DNA of 51,807 nt, taken from assembly GCA_964395065.1 (NCBI GenBank), contig CAYNAM010000001.1, positions 1 through 51,807 of the forward strand, in the 5' to 3' direction. Numbering within the stretch: position 1 is the stretch's first letter; every line of letters begins with the position of its first letter. The translations under genes were made by a program, and so were the position numbers. The DNA comes from an uncultured Ventosimonas sp. Lineage in GTDB: Bacteria; Pseudomonadota; Gammaproteobacteria; Pseudomonadales; Pseudomonadaceae. This document shows, piece after piece, positions 31,366-40,748 of this stretch. Under the pieces are notes generated by a model. It ran no database searches and was not told where the DNA came from. It saw only the letters and a program-made list of their open reading frames with translations.

Positions 31366-33033
31366 ATGATCCATGCATTTATAAAAAAGGGAAGCTTCCA
31401 AGACTCTGTCAGTCTTATGATTGTTTCTCGAAAACTAAGCGAACTACCTGACGTAGAAGATGTTTCCGTGATGATGGGAACACCAGCCAACAAAACCCTA
31501 CTGAAGACAACAGGCTTTTGGCATGATATGTTCGACGAAGCCACTCCCAATGACATCTGTGTATCTGCCAAGGCTGAACAAACTGATAAGTCTGTTCTCG
31601 AAACAGTATCAGTAGCATTAGAAGAAGCATTAGAAGACATTGCCAAAGGACAAAAAACAGGTAGTCAACTGACTACAGTTCATAGCTGGCGCACAGCGAT
31701 GAAAAAGAATCCAAATGCTAACATGCTATTAATTTCGATTGCGGGTGAATACGCAGCTGAACTAGCACATCAAGGACTTGATAGTAATTGTAATGTCATG
31801 CTGTTCTCTGACAACGTCAGTGTTGCAGATGAGGTTGCCTTAAAGCAAAAAGCTCAATCAAAAGGCTTAATCGTTATGGGTCCTGACTGTGGTACAGCTA
31901 ATATTGCTGGTGCGCCACTCGCCTTTGCTAACATTACTCCAGAAGGTTCAATTGGTATTATTGGTGCATCAGGTACTGGTATTCAAGAAATTACCTCTCA
32001 AGTTGCTTTACATCATCAAGGCATTACTCATGCAATCGGTTTAGGTGGTCGTGACTTAACTGAAGGTGTCGGTGGAATTAGTGCACTAACAGCCATAGAA
32101 ATGCTTGCAGCAGATGAAAAAACACGTGTTATTGCTTTTGTTTCTAAGCCACCAGCACCAGCTGTTAGAGAAAAAGTTATTCAAGCTATGAAGCGCCATA
32201 ATAAGCCAATTGTTGCTTTATTCTTAGGTACAAAACCAGAACAACCTAAAGAAGGTAATATTTATTTTACCCGCACACTTGATGAAACTGCACGTATTGC
32301 TGCAGCACTAGCTGATGTTGAAGATGCAAAAATAGCAGCGCCTAAAGTAGCAGGCAAAAAAATTATCGGTCTTTATGCAGGTGGTACATTAGCTTCTGAA
32401 TGTGCGATGTTGCTTTCTGAAGAACTTAATGTTCCAACAGATAAAGAACACGCTCAGGGCATTATGCTAAATGCCGAAGGTCATAAAGTCATCGATATGG
32501 GTGATGACTTCTATACACAAGGCAAACCTCACCCAATGATTGATCCTTCCGTTCGTAATAAATTTATTACAGATCTCTCTAAACAACCTGAAATCGGTGT
32601 GCTTGCTGTAGACGTTGTAATAGGTTATGGTGCCACTAATGATCCTGCGACCTCTTTAGCTGATGCAGTTAAGGCATTACGTGAAAAACGTACAGATGCA
32701 CATCCTATTGCTGTATTAGCAACCATTACAGGGACAGAGGAAGACCCTCAATGTCGCTCAAAACAAATGCAAATATTACTAGATGCAGGAATTATTGTAA
32801 TGAACTCATTACCTGAGCTCGTTCAATTAGCAGGACAACTTATTAAGCCACATCCTGAAGAAGTTAAAGCGACACCTGCCAAACTATTAGAAAGTATCTC
32901 TGTCATTAATGCGGGCTTACGTAGTTTTGCTGATGACTTACAAGCTAACTCTGTTCCTGTTATCCAATACCAATGGTCACCTATTGCTGGCGGCAATCAG
33001 AAACTAGCTAATATTTTAAAGAAATTAATATAA
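31366..33033 (+). CDS. fdrA: FdrA (oxamate carbamoyltransferase subunit)
   Basis: MIHAFIKKGSFQDSVSLM, MGPDCGT and GKPHPMIDP. Start reassigned to 31366 (AAGGA RBS). Confidence 0.93.
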   Translation: MIHAFIKKGSFQDSVSLMIVSRKLSELPDVEDVSVMMGTPANKTLLKTTGFWHDMFDEATPNDICVSAKAEQTDKSVLETVSVALEEALEDIAKGQKTGSQLTTVHSWRTAMKKNPNANMLLISIAGEYAAELAHQGLDSNCNVMLFSDNVSVADEVALKQKAQSKGLIVMGPDCGTANIAGAPLAFANITPEGSIGIIGASGTGIQEITSQVALHHQGITHAIGLGGRDLTEGVGGISALTAIEMLAADEKTRVIAFVSKPPAPAVREKVIQAMKRHNKPIVALFLGTKPEQPKEGNIYFTRTLDETARIAAALADVEDAKIAAPKVAGKKIIGLYAGGTLASECAMLLSEELNVPTDKEHAQGIMLNAEGHKVIDMGDDFYTQGKPHPMIDPSVRNKFITDLSKQPEIGVLAVDVVIGYGATNDPATSLADAVKALREKRTDAHPIAVLATITGTEEDPQCRSKQMQILLDAGIIVMNSLPELVQLAGQLIKPHPEEVKATPAKLLESISVINAGLRSFADDLQANSVPVIQYQWSPIAGGNQKLANILKKLI

Positions 33034-33043
33034 GGAACTTGAT

Positions 33044-34309
33044 ATGTACAAGACTATAGAAGAAGCAAATGAAGCGATTGTTGAAAGAATTATTGCATCT
33101 CGTCCACACTGGGTTGATGTTTGCTTAGCAAAAGAAGTGATCGAACCTTTAAAAGAAGGCAAGAAACTACTACATGCAGGCCCTCCAAATACTTGGGACA
33201 AAATGAGTGGTCCAGTTCGTGGTGCATGTATTGGGGCTGCATTATTTGAAGGTTGGGCAAAGGATGAGAATGAAGCGACAAAAATGCTTGAATCTGGTCA
33301 AGTTGAGTTTATCCCTTGCCACAATGTAAAAGCAGTAGGCCCTATGGGTGGTATCACCTCTGCAAACATGCCAATGGTTGTAGTTAAAGACCAAACACAC
33401 GGCAACTACGCTTACTGTAATATGAACGAAGGTATTGGTAAAGTAATGCGCTTTGGTGCTTACGGAGCCGAAGTACAAGAACGTTTACATTGGATGCATG
33501 ACAGCCTAGCACCTACACTAAAAGCAGCACTCGCTACTTTAGAGAAAGGTATCGACTTAACAGCAGTCATGGGACAAGCCATTACAATGGGTGATGAGTT
33601 CCATCAACGTAACATTGCTGCCTCATCTCTATTATTACGCCAACTTGCACCAATTTTAGTTGGTTTAGATATGGACAAAGCAGAACTACAAAAAGTTACT
33701 CAATTCTTAAGTGTTACTGATCAGTTCTTCCTAAATCTTGCAATGGCACACTGTAAAGCAGCGATGGATGCAGGTGCTGAAATCAAACAAGGAACAATTG
33801 TTACTGTTATGACGCGTAATGGTGATCAGTTCGGTATTAAAATCAGTGGTATGGGCGATGAGTGGTTTACTGCACCTGTTAATACACCACAAGGTTTATT
33901 CTTCTCAGGCTTCAGCCAAGCTGATGCAAACCCTGACGTAGGTGATAGTGCAATCACAGAAACTTATGGTATCGGTGGTACTGCAATGGTTGCAGCGCCA
34001 GGTGTAACCCGTTTCGTTGGGGCATCAGGTGGAATGGAAGCTGCTCGTCGTATTTCTGATGAAATGTCAGAAATTTACTTAGCACATCACATGATGTTAC
34101 AAATTCCCACATGGGACTTCCAAGGTTCTTGCATTGGTTTAGATGCTCGCCGTGTCGTAGAAACAGGTATTACACCAACAATCAACACAGGTATCGCACA
34201 TAAAGATGCTGGTGTCGGTCAAATTGGTGCTGGTACTGTAAAAGCACCTTTAGCTTGTTTCGAAAAAGCGATTGTAGCATTAGCTGATAAACTAGGAATA
34301 AAAGAGTAA
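33044..34309 (+). CDS. ylbE: YlbE / DUF1116 protein (oxamate carbamoyltransferase subunit)
   Basis: LHAGPP, MGDEFHQRN, GDSAITE and INTGIAHK motifs. Confidence 0.92.
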   Translation: MYKTIEEANEAIVERIIASRPHWVDVCLAKEVIEPLKEGKKLLHAGPPNTWDKMSGPVRGACIGAALFEGWAKDENEATKMLESGQVEFIPCHNVKAVGPMGGITSANMPMVVVKDQTHGNYAYCNMNEGIGKVMRFGAYGAEVQERLHWMHDSLAPTLKAALATLEKGIDLTAVMGQAITMGDEFHQRNIAASSLLLRQLAPILVGLDMDKAELQKVTQFLSVTDQFFLNLAMAHCKAAMDAGAEIKQGTIVTVMTRNGDQFGIKISGMGDEWFTAPVNTPQGLFFSGFSQADANPDVGDSAITETYGIGGTAMVAAPGVTRFVGASGGMEAARRISDEMSEIYLAHHMMLQIPTWDFQGSCIGLDARRVVETGITPTINTGIAHKDAGVGQIGAGTVKAPLACFEKAIVALADKLGIKE

Positions 34310-34326
34310 TAAAATACTCTTATGCG

Positions 34327-35166
34327 GTGCAGTGTATGATAATTGAAGCATTAGAAACCAGTTGCCACATTACAAACTTGACAAGTCAACTAAACTGTAA
34401 TGGCATCTACAATAATGCAATCAATTTTCTTAATCAATCTCAACAATTGATTACACTGCACCGCCAAGGAAAAGGATTAAGCCCTATGGGGTGGGTATTA
34501 GCAAATAATGATTTCAACTTCGTTGCGCAACATACCCAACCCAACTCAATGATGAGTTGCCATAACGGTCAACTCACCATACAGCCCTCAATCAATATAG
34601 TCTGTCAATATCATACAAATCTGACAGCTCCCTCTGCACCATTTGATCACTTCAAAGTACTAGAAAAATTATTATTAGTGTTACCAAAAACCACGTTAAC
34701 GGGGCTTTATGGTGCCCTATGCAATTATCAACAAACTATTCTGCTTGAAGACAATTGCGAACTAATAGAAACATTTAGCCAGTGGCTTAATGGTGAACAA
34801 ATTAACTGGGAAAGCTATATTGGCAAAGGACCTGGACTTACACCTAGTTCTGATGACATGTTAACAGGCATGTTATTTGTTGCTTATGTTTGTTATAAAG
34901 AGAAAATACTATCTCTTGTACCCTTTTTTAAAGGGACGCCTGATCTTTCTCTATTAACGACAAGTGTTAGCAAAAACTATTTGTATTATGCCTCTCAAGG
35001 TATTTTTTCTTCTTATCTAATCAAATTAGCCAATCAATTAGCCAATAATGAGGTGAGTTTGCATACACTATTTGAGTTATTAGATGTAGGTCATCACTCA
35101 GGAGCAGATACGTTGCTGGGCATAGTACTTGGTTGTCATGCAATCAAAAACTCTTATTGTGCTTAA
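34327..35166 (+). CDS. ylbF: YlbF / DUF2877 protein
   Basis: GKGPGLTPSSDD, TTSVS and GHHSGADTLLG. Start could be ATG 34336. Confidence 0.88.
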   Translation: MQCMIIEALETSCHITNLTSQLNCNGIYNNAINFLNQSQQLITLHRQGKGLSPMGWVLANNDFNFVAQHTQPNSMMSCHNGQLTIQPSINIVCQYHTNLTAPSAPFDHFKVLEKLLLVLPKTTLTGLYGALCNYQQTILLEDNCELIETFSQWLNGEQINWESYIGKGPGLTPSSDDMLTGMLFVAYVCYKEKILSLVPFFKGTPDLSLLTTSVSKNYLYYASQGIFSSYLIKLANQLANNEVSLHTLFELLDVGHHSGADTLLGIVLGCHAIKNSYCA

Positions 35167-35224
35167 ACTCACTTTATTGATTGATTGTTACTTTATTGTT
35201 TATAAATCTATTTAGGAATCCATT

Positions 35225-36133
35225 ATGAAAACATTAGTTATTGCCTTAGGTGGGAATGCATTATTACAGCGCAAAGAAGCGTTAACGGCTGAAAACCAAT
35301 ATAAAAATATTGCGATACTAGCAGAAATGATTATTAAGCTAGCTAAAAACTACCGCATCGTATTGGTTCATGGCAATGGCCCTCAAGTAGGTTTATTATC
35401 TCTTCAAAATGAAGCCTATAAAGAAGTTCCCTCCTATCCATTAGATATTCTAGTAGCTGAAAGCCAAGCAATGATTGGTTATATGATCACTCAAAAAATT
35501 AATGAGCTTGATCCAGCACAACGTATTACTACTATCTTAACGCGTATGGAAGTTGATCTAAACGATCCAGATTTTAAAAACCCAAGTAAATTTATTGGCC
35601 CTGTTTATGATGAAGCACAAAAAAATGCTTTACAAAAAGAACAACCACACTGGCAGTTCAAAAAAGATGGTGAGTTCTATCGTCGTGTTGTTCCATCTCC
35701 AAGACCACAAAAACTAATTGAAAGACAATCTGTTAATGTTTTACTTGATGCTCAACACATTGTAATTTGTGGTGGCGGCGGTGGTATCCCTGTAAACAAA
35801 GATAACAATACTATCAAAGGTATTGAAGCGGTTATTGATAAAGACTTAACAGCATCACTTATTGCACAACAACTAGGTGCTGAAAACTTTGTCATACTTA
35901 CAGATGCTGATGCTGTCTACACTGGTTGGGGTACACCAGAACAAAAAGCAATTGAAAAGGCTACAACGGAAGAGTTAGCCCCTATGGGAGTTTCTGATGG
36001 TTCAATGGGACCTAAAATCATGGCTGTTTGTGATTTCGTAAATAACACAGGTCATAACGCTTATATTGGTGCATTAAAAAATATTAATGATATTATGAAC
36101 GGGAAATCAGGAACATTAATTTATAAAAAATAA
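35225..36133 (+). CDS. ybcF: carbamate kinase
   Basis: ALGGNAL, HGNGPQVG, RRVVPSP, EAVIDKD and GSMGPK motifs. Confidence 0.93.
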   Translation: MKTLVIALGGNALLQRKEALTAENQYKNIAILAEMIIKLAKNYRIVLVHGNGPQVGLLSLQNEAYKEVPSYPLDILVAESQAMIGYMITQKINELDPAQRITTILTRMEVDLNDPDFKNPSKFIGPVYDEAQKNALQKEQPHWQFKKDGEFYRRVVPSPRPQKLIERQSVNVLLDAQHIVICGGGGGIPVNKDNNTIKGIEAVIDKDLTASLIAQQLGAENFVILTDADAVYTGWGTPEQKAIEKATTEELAPMGVSDGSMGPKIMAVCDFVNNTGHNAYIGALKNINDIMNGKSGTLIYKK

Positions 36134-36147
36134 TATCCGAGGCATTT

Positions 36148-37371
36148 ATGGACAATACCAACAAACTACATAAACAAGAACTTATACCTTACTGGGTTAA
36201 GTTGACAGCCATTTTCTTTCTTGGTTGGATAGCGCTCTACGCAACACGTAGCATCATCTCTCCTCTCAAAGGGAACTTAGAAAGTGCTTATAGCCTCACC
36301 AATGCTGAGATTGGTTCAATCATGAGTTTATTCTATTTAGGGTATACTCTCTTGAACGCACCTTCAGGTCTTATTGGTGATATCCTAGGCAAAAAGCTCG
36401 TTCTAGTTACTGGAGTAATAGGGTTCGGTGCCTTTACAATCATCTCAGGAACCATGTCAACTTATACTATGTTCATGTTTATGTGGATATTAGTTGGTAT
36501 TTTTCAAGGCTTCTTCTATGGACCTCAATATGGCCTCTCCTCAGAGGCTATACCAAAGAAACACTTAACGCTTGGTAGTGCCATCATTAATAGTGGAATG
36601 GCGTTTGGTCTATCATTTGGTTATTTTATCTCAACCTCATCACTTGAAAATGGCTATAACTGGCATACACCCTTTTATATTATTGGTGTTATTACCATCA
36701 TTATCGGCTTATTAATGTGGTGGATTATTAAATCTCGCCCTAGCACAACCAATAGTACAACTGCGAGTACACCTAAAGAAAAAATTAGTTTTAAGCAACT
36801 TTTCTGTAACCGTAATATTAATATGTGCTATATCATTATTTTCTCAGTAATGTTTGGCTTCTTTGTACTGGTCACTTGGTTACCTGCTTATTTAGAAGAA
36901 GCCAGAGGAATCAAAGGAAATAACATAGCCACTATTGCCTCACTGGTACCTTGGTTTGCAATTCCGGGATCATTATTCTTTAGTTGGGTATGTGATAGAC
37001 TAGGCTCACAAAAACCTGTTCTATTAATTATGCTGCCTATTTCGCTTATTGCCGTATTAGCTGTTCCCTTAAGTAGCTCTATTACAGTTTTAGTTATTGC
37101 GCTTATTACTTATGGCATAGTCGGCAAAATCAGTACTAACCCTGTACTTGTTGCTATTGTAGCTAATAGCGCACCCCCTAATACACTAAGTACTTCATTT
37201 GGTGTTTATAATTGTTTAGGGATGATTGGTTCTATTTTAGCCCCTGTTGTTACTGGTTGGATTAAAGATACAACGGGTAGTTATGATCTAAGCTTTTATG
37301 TTGCAGCAGCATTAATCGGTGTAGGAATGATTGCTACATTGATGATTAAACAAGAGTCAAAAGCCTCTTAA
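36148..37371 (+). CDS. MFS transporter
   Basis: About 12 hydrophobic segments; GLIGDILGKK and CDRLG loop motifs. Confidence 0.9.
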   Translation: MDNTNKLHKQELIPYWVKLTAIFFLGWIALYATRSIISPLKGNLESAYSLTNAEIGSIMSLFYLGYTLLNAPSGLIGDILGKKLVLVTGVIGFGAFTIISGTMSTYTMFMFMWILVGIFQGFFYGPQYGLSSEAIPKKHLTLGSAIINSGMAFGLSFGYFISTSSLENGYNWHTPFYIIGVITIIIGLLMWWIIKSRPSTTNSTTASTPKEKISFKQLFCNRNINMCYIIIFSVMFGFFVLVTWLPAYLEEARGIKGNNIATIASLVPWFAIPGSLFFSWVCDRLGSQKPVLLIMLPISLIAVLAVPLSSSITVLVIALITYGIVGKISTNPVLVAIVANSAPPNTLSTSFGVYNCLGMIGSILAPVVTGWIKDTTGSYDLSFYVAAALIGVGMIATLMIKQESKAS

Positions 37372-37377
37372 TCCATT

Positions 37378-37411
37378 AAAAGGGTAGTCAAAGTATTCGA
37401 CTACCCTTTTT
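37378..37411. terminator. bidirectional terminator
   Basis: AAAAGGGTAGTC-loop-GACTACCCTTTTT between convergent genes. Confidence 0.85.
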
Positions 37412-37419
37412 CATATCAA

Positions 37420-38334
37420 TTAACTTACAGCATTTAGAAAATACTTAACTGCTGTATTTTCTGACTTAAATAAGTTTATTAAATAGTCAACCACAGGACC
37501 TTTTCTACTGTCATTCCAAGCCAATGATAAAGGTGATCCATGCCTTGCTCTATAAACTTTCTTAGGAATCAATCGGCCTGAATCAATATAAGGTTGACAT
37601 AAATTTCTAGGCAAAAAACCAACACCAATACCATTTAAATGACATTCTAATTTAGTATGTAGATCAGGTACTTTAATCTCATGTTGTCTTGTCAATAACC
37701 ACGCGGTACGCTTGGGTAAATGATGGGCAGTATCATCAACATTAATCGCGGGATAAGGCCGCAACTGATCCTCACGCAAAATACCCTCAACACTGGCTAA
37801 AGGATGATGGGCTGAAACAACAAATATCCAGTTAATATCACCTAGAAAATGAACACTGATATCATTAACTAAAGATTCTGTACCCGTTACCCCAATAGCA
37901 AAATGGTAATCCTCACTAATCATTGCATCCCACACACCCATATAAACATGGCGAGAAATATGAAAATGGGTAAATGGAAATTTTGTAGATAAATTAACTA
38001 ACAAATTCGCAACAGCTGTACTATCATACAGCAAATTATTAATAACGATATTTACATTCTGCTCAACACCAGAACAAACTTGTTGGAGCTCTTCAGGAAT
38101 TGTATCAACCCAATCTTTCAACTGCTGGTAACGTGTAAACAAATACTCACCAGCAGGCGTTAATTCTATACTTCGAGTGCTGCGATTAAATAATAAAACG
38201 CCTACATTTTCTTCAAGTAACTTAATTCGGTAGCTAATCGCGGCAGACGTCCTGTGAAGAACTTTAGCCGCACGCGAAAAACTTTTACACTCCGCAACAG
38301 TAATAAAAGTGCGTATCATTTCATAATCTAACAT
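37420..38334 (-). CDS. allS: LysR-family activator AllS
   Basis: LysR HTH plus AllS-like segments VNIVINNLLY, FPFT, YMGVWD and AIGVTGTE. Confidence 0.9.
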   Translation of the reverse strand: MLDYEMIRTFITVAECKSFSRAAKVLHRTSAAISYRIKLLEENVGVLLFNRSTRSIELTPAGEYLFTRYQQLKDWVDTIPEELQQVCSGVEQNVNIVINNLLYDSTAVANLLVNLSTKFPFTHFHISRHVYMGVWDAMISEDYHFAIGVTGTESLVNDISVHFLGDINWIFVVSAHHPLASVEGILREDQLRPYPAINVDDTAHHLPKRTAWLLTRQHEIKVPDLHTKLECHLNGIGVGFLPRNLCQPYIDSGRLIPKKVYRARHGSPLSLAWNDSRKGPVVDYLINLFKSENTAVKYFLNAVS

Positions 38335-38429
38335 TTTATTCCTCTATGCTGCTGCGGTAATTGTAAATATTTAACTACAAAGAAACCCAGAAATAAAGCG
38401 TTATCCATGCTGTTACGCCTAAAGGCCAT

Positions 38430-40736
38430 TTATAATCCATAACGACTTACTATCTCTTGATGCTCCTCAATGGGGCCTCTCACCTCCTCAACCAAACGCA
38501 GCCAATGCACAGGATGAGCCCAATCACTTGTTACCTCTTCTAATAACTGGTGAATTTCTATAGGAGAAACAATTTTAGGTGCGGTAATGGAGAAAAATAT
38601 CGCAGGCAGTGGAGTTTCATCTAAATCAAACTGATCCGTTACCTGATAGTTTTGATTGCTGTTAACCCAAATTCGCCACCCTTTAGAATCGATGATGTTT
38701 TCAAAAGCCTTAAACGTCTCCTCACCAGGATAAACACCATCAACAAACCATGTTCGTCCAAAATCACCTTGTTTTAGCGTTTTCACCATACGATAAAGAG
38801 GAATAAAATACTTACGCTCCTCCTCATCTTCTGGTACAGGAGCCAGCTGTGCTGCATCAAACACCACTTCATCATCGACACGTTGTTGTTTTGCGGGGTG
38901 TGCAGGCTCTTTAATTACTGCTGTTACAGGGCCCGTACATCTTGCCAAATACTCTATTTTTTCATTTTCCTCAACAACTTCAATGCGTATCCAACCCCAG
39001 TTCTCCTTAATAACCCCCTCTGTTGATTCAAGAGTTATCTCTAGCTGCCGTGCTATATTCCTCGCCAAAGTCCAGTTTTGATTAGCACAACTATAGGTCA
39101 ATAAGTCCCAACTATCTGATGTTGAGTCATCTGTTTTTTCAACAATGATTTGTTGCCATTTTTCTGCTTCTGCAAAATCATCTTGTTGAACAGCTATGGC
39201 TACTAATACACGAGGAGCCCCTAAATAGTCAGGAGCCATATCATACATGTCTAAACACAGAGCTTTCGCTTCATCATAATTGTTTTCATTATAAGCCTTC
39301 TGAATCTTACACCATAAGGCAATAACAGGCTGAGTATGAATATAATAATTAGCCAATCGGTCAATTTCTGATAGTCGACCACCTCTAACTAATAAACTTA
39401 ATAATTGATAAGCCAGTGCAGACTCTTGCTCGTGGTTATTACTGATATATTGCCATAACAGCGCTTCTGCCTCTTTAATTGCCGAGCACGCTTGCAGTGC
39501 TGACACTGTAATATCAACTAATTGCTCATCATTTGGACGTTCCTGAACAGCAAGCATCAAAAACTCAAGCTCTTGCTCAGGATTACGTCCAGCTTCTTCA
39601 TTTTGGCTTGCTCTATCACTCAACCATGTTAACAACTCTTCTGCAGGCACAGGTAACGAGACTTGTGCAGAATGACTCTCAATCTCTGCTGATAATTTCG
39701 CCAATAGCTTATCCGCACCCAAAGGAGCTCTCAGCTTAGGAAGTGTCTCATTGGCAATCGCTAAGGCTTTTTTTGCTGTCCATACACTGCCACGCGCCAA
39801 TGCAAGCTTAACTTGTACTTCAGCAACCTCAATACAACGACGATGAGCACCAACCTCTACAAAATGTGTTAGAACGGCTTGTATTGCACTCCCCAGTGAC
39901 CATGAATTTTTTTCAGGCTCTTTATCTAATAACGCATTAACTGCACGCACCCAACTTAGGTAATAACGAGGTGCAACGCCACTCCATGCAGGCAATATTT
40001 CCCAAGACTCATCCACTCGCCCTAATAAAGCCAAGGTATGTGCTTTTAAAATGTGTCTATCTTGTTTACTGACAGGCCAATCATAGCCATCTATTTCTGC
40101 CTCACATTTTTCAAGGATCGCCAATGCTTTTTCAGGTTGATTTAATCGCAATAAAGCGTGTACTTCAAAAGTACGTATAGCTTCACTAACCTCCTCTCCA
40201 ATGGCTGTAATCTTATCACCTTGAACTTTTAAATAATCTAGCGCTTCTTCAGGCTTTCCCTCATCCAATAAAGCATCAGCATATTCACAAGATAAACAAT
40301 GAAAACAGCTCCATGAAGGATCAATTCGCTCAAAAGTTTCATTACAAACCGCTTTACGCTCCTCAACCCAAGCAGGGCCATCAATATTGGCATAACAGGC
40401 TGATAAGTCTTGTGTTACACAAACTGTTTGAGGGCAAGTAATGGTTTCCTCACGATGAGCAAACTCAAATAATGAAACAACGTCAGGTAAAACAGACTCA
40501 CCCTCCGACTTATTACCAATACGATTACGCATCTCCCAATGACGGAAAAAAACCTCAAGCCAAGGATTTTTCAAACTACGACTCAAAGCAATGGCCTCTG
40601 GAATTAAAGCCTCCGCCTTACCAATATTCATTTCCAAAATTTCAGTTGTCAGCTGCTCTATAAGTTTACTCGCATGCTCATGACCTGCTTCTTCTAAATC
40701 ATTCTCTAGGCGAAAAACCCAATCCCAAATATCCAT
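38430..40736 (-). CDS. large acidic TPR-like helical-repeat protein with a Cys-rich N-terminal segment
   Basis: Repeated TPR-like units (ALLDEGKPEEALDYL, ALLRLNQPEKALAIL, LALLGRVDESWE); no signal peptide seen. Confidence 0.7.
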   Translation of the reverse strand: MDIWDWVFRLENDLEEAGHEHASKLIEQLTTEILEMNIGKAEALIPEAIALSRSLKNPWLEVFFRHWEMRNRIGNKSEGESVLPDVVSLFEFAHREETITCPQTVCVTQDLSACYANIDGPAWVEERKAVCNETFERIDPSWSCFHCLSCEYADALLDEGKPEEALDYLKVQGDKITAIGEEVSEAIRTFEVHALLRLNQPEKALAILEKCEAEIDGYDWPVSKQDRHILKAHTLALLGRVDESWEILPAWSGVAPRYYLSWVRAVNALLDKEPEKNSWSLGSAIQAVLTHFVEVGAHRRCIEVAEVQVKLALARGSVWTAKKALAIANETLPKLRAPLGADKLLAKLSAEIESHSAQVSLPVPAEELLTWLSDRASQNEEAGRNPEQELEFLMLAVQERPNDEQLVDITVSALQACSAIKEAEALLWQYISNNHEQESALAYQLLSLLVRGGRLSEIDRLANYYIHTQPVIALWCKIQKAYNENNYDEAKALCLDMYDMAPDYLGAPRVLVAIAVQQDDFAEAEKWQQIIVEKTDDSTSDSWDLLTYSCANQNWTLARNIARQLEITLESTEGVIKENWGWIRIEVVEENEKIEYLARCTGPVTAVIKEPAHPAKQQRVDDEVVFDAAQLAPVPEDEEERKYFIPLYRMVKTLKQGDFGRTWFVDGVYPGEETFKAFENIIDSKGWRIWVNSNQNYQVTDQFDLDETPLPAIFFSITAPKIVSPIEIHQLLEEVTSDWAHPVHWLRLVEEVRGPIEEHQEIVSRYGL

Positions 40737-40748
40737 GTCATATTCCCA

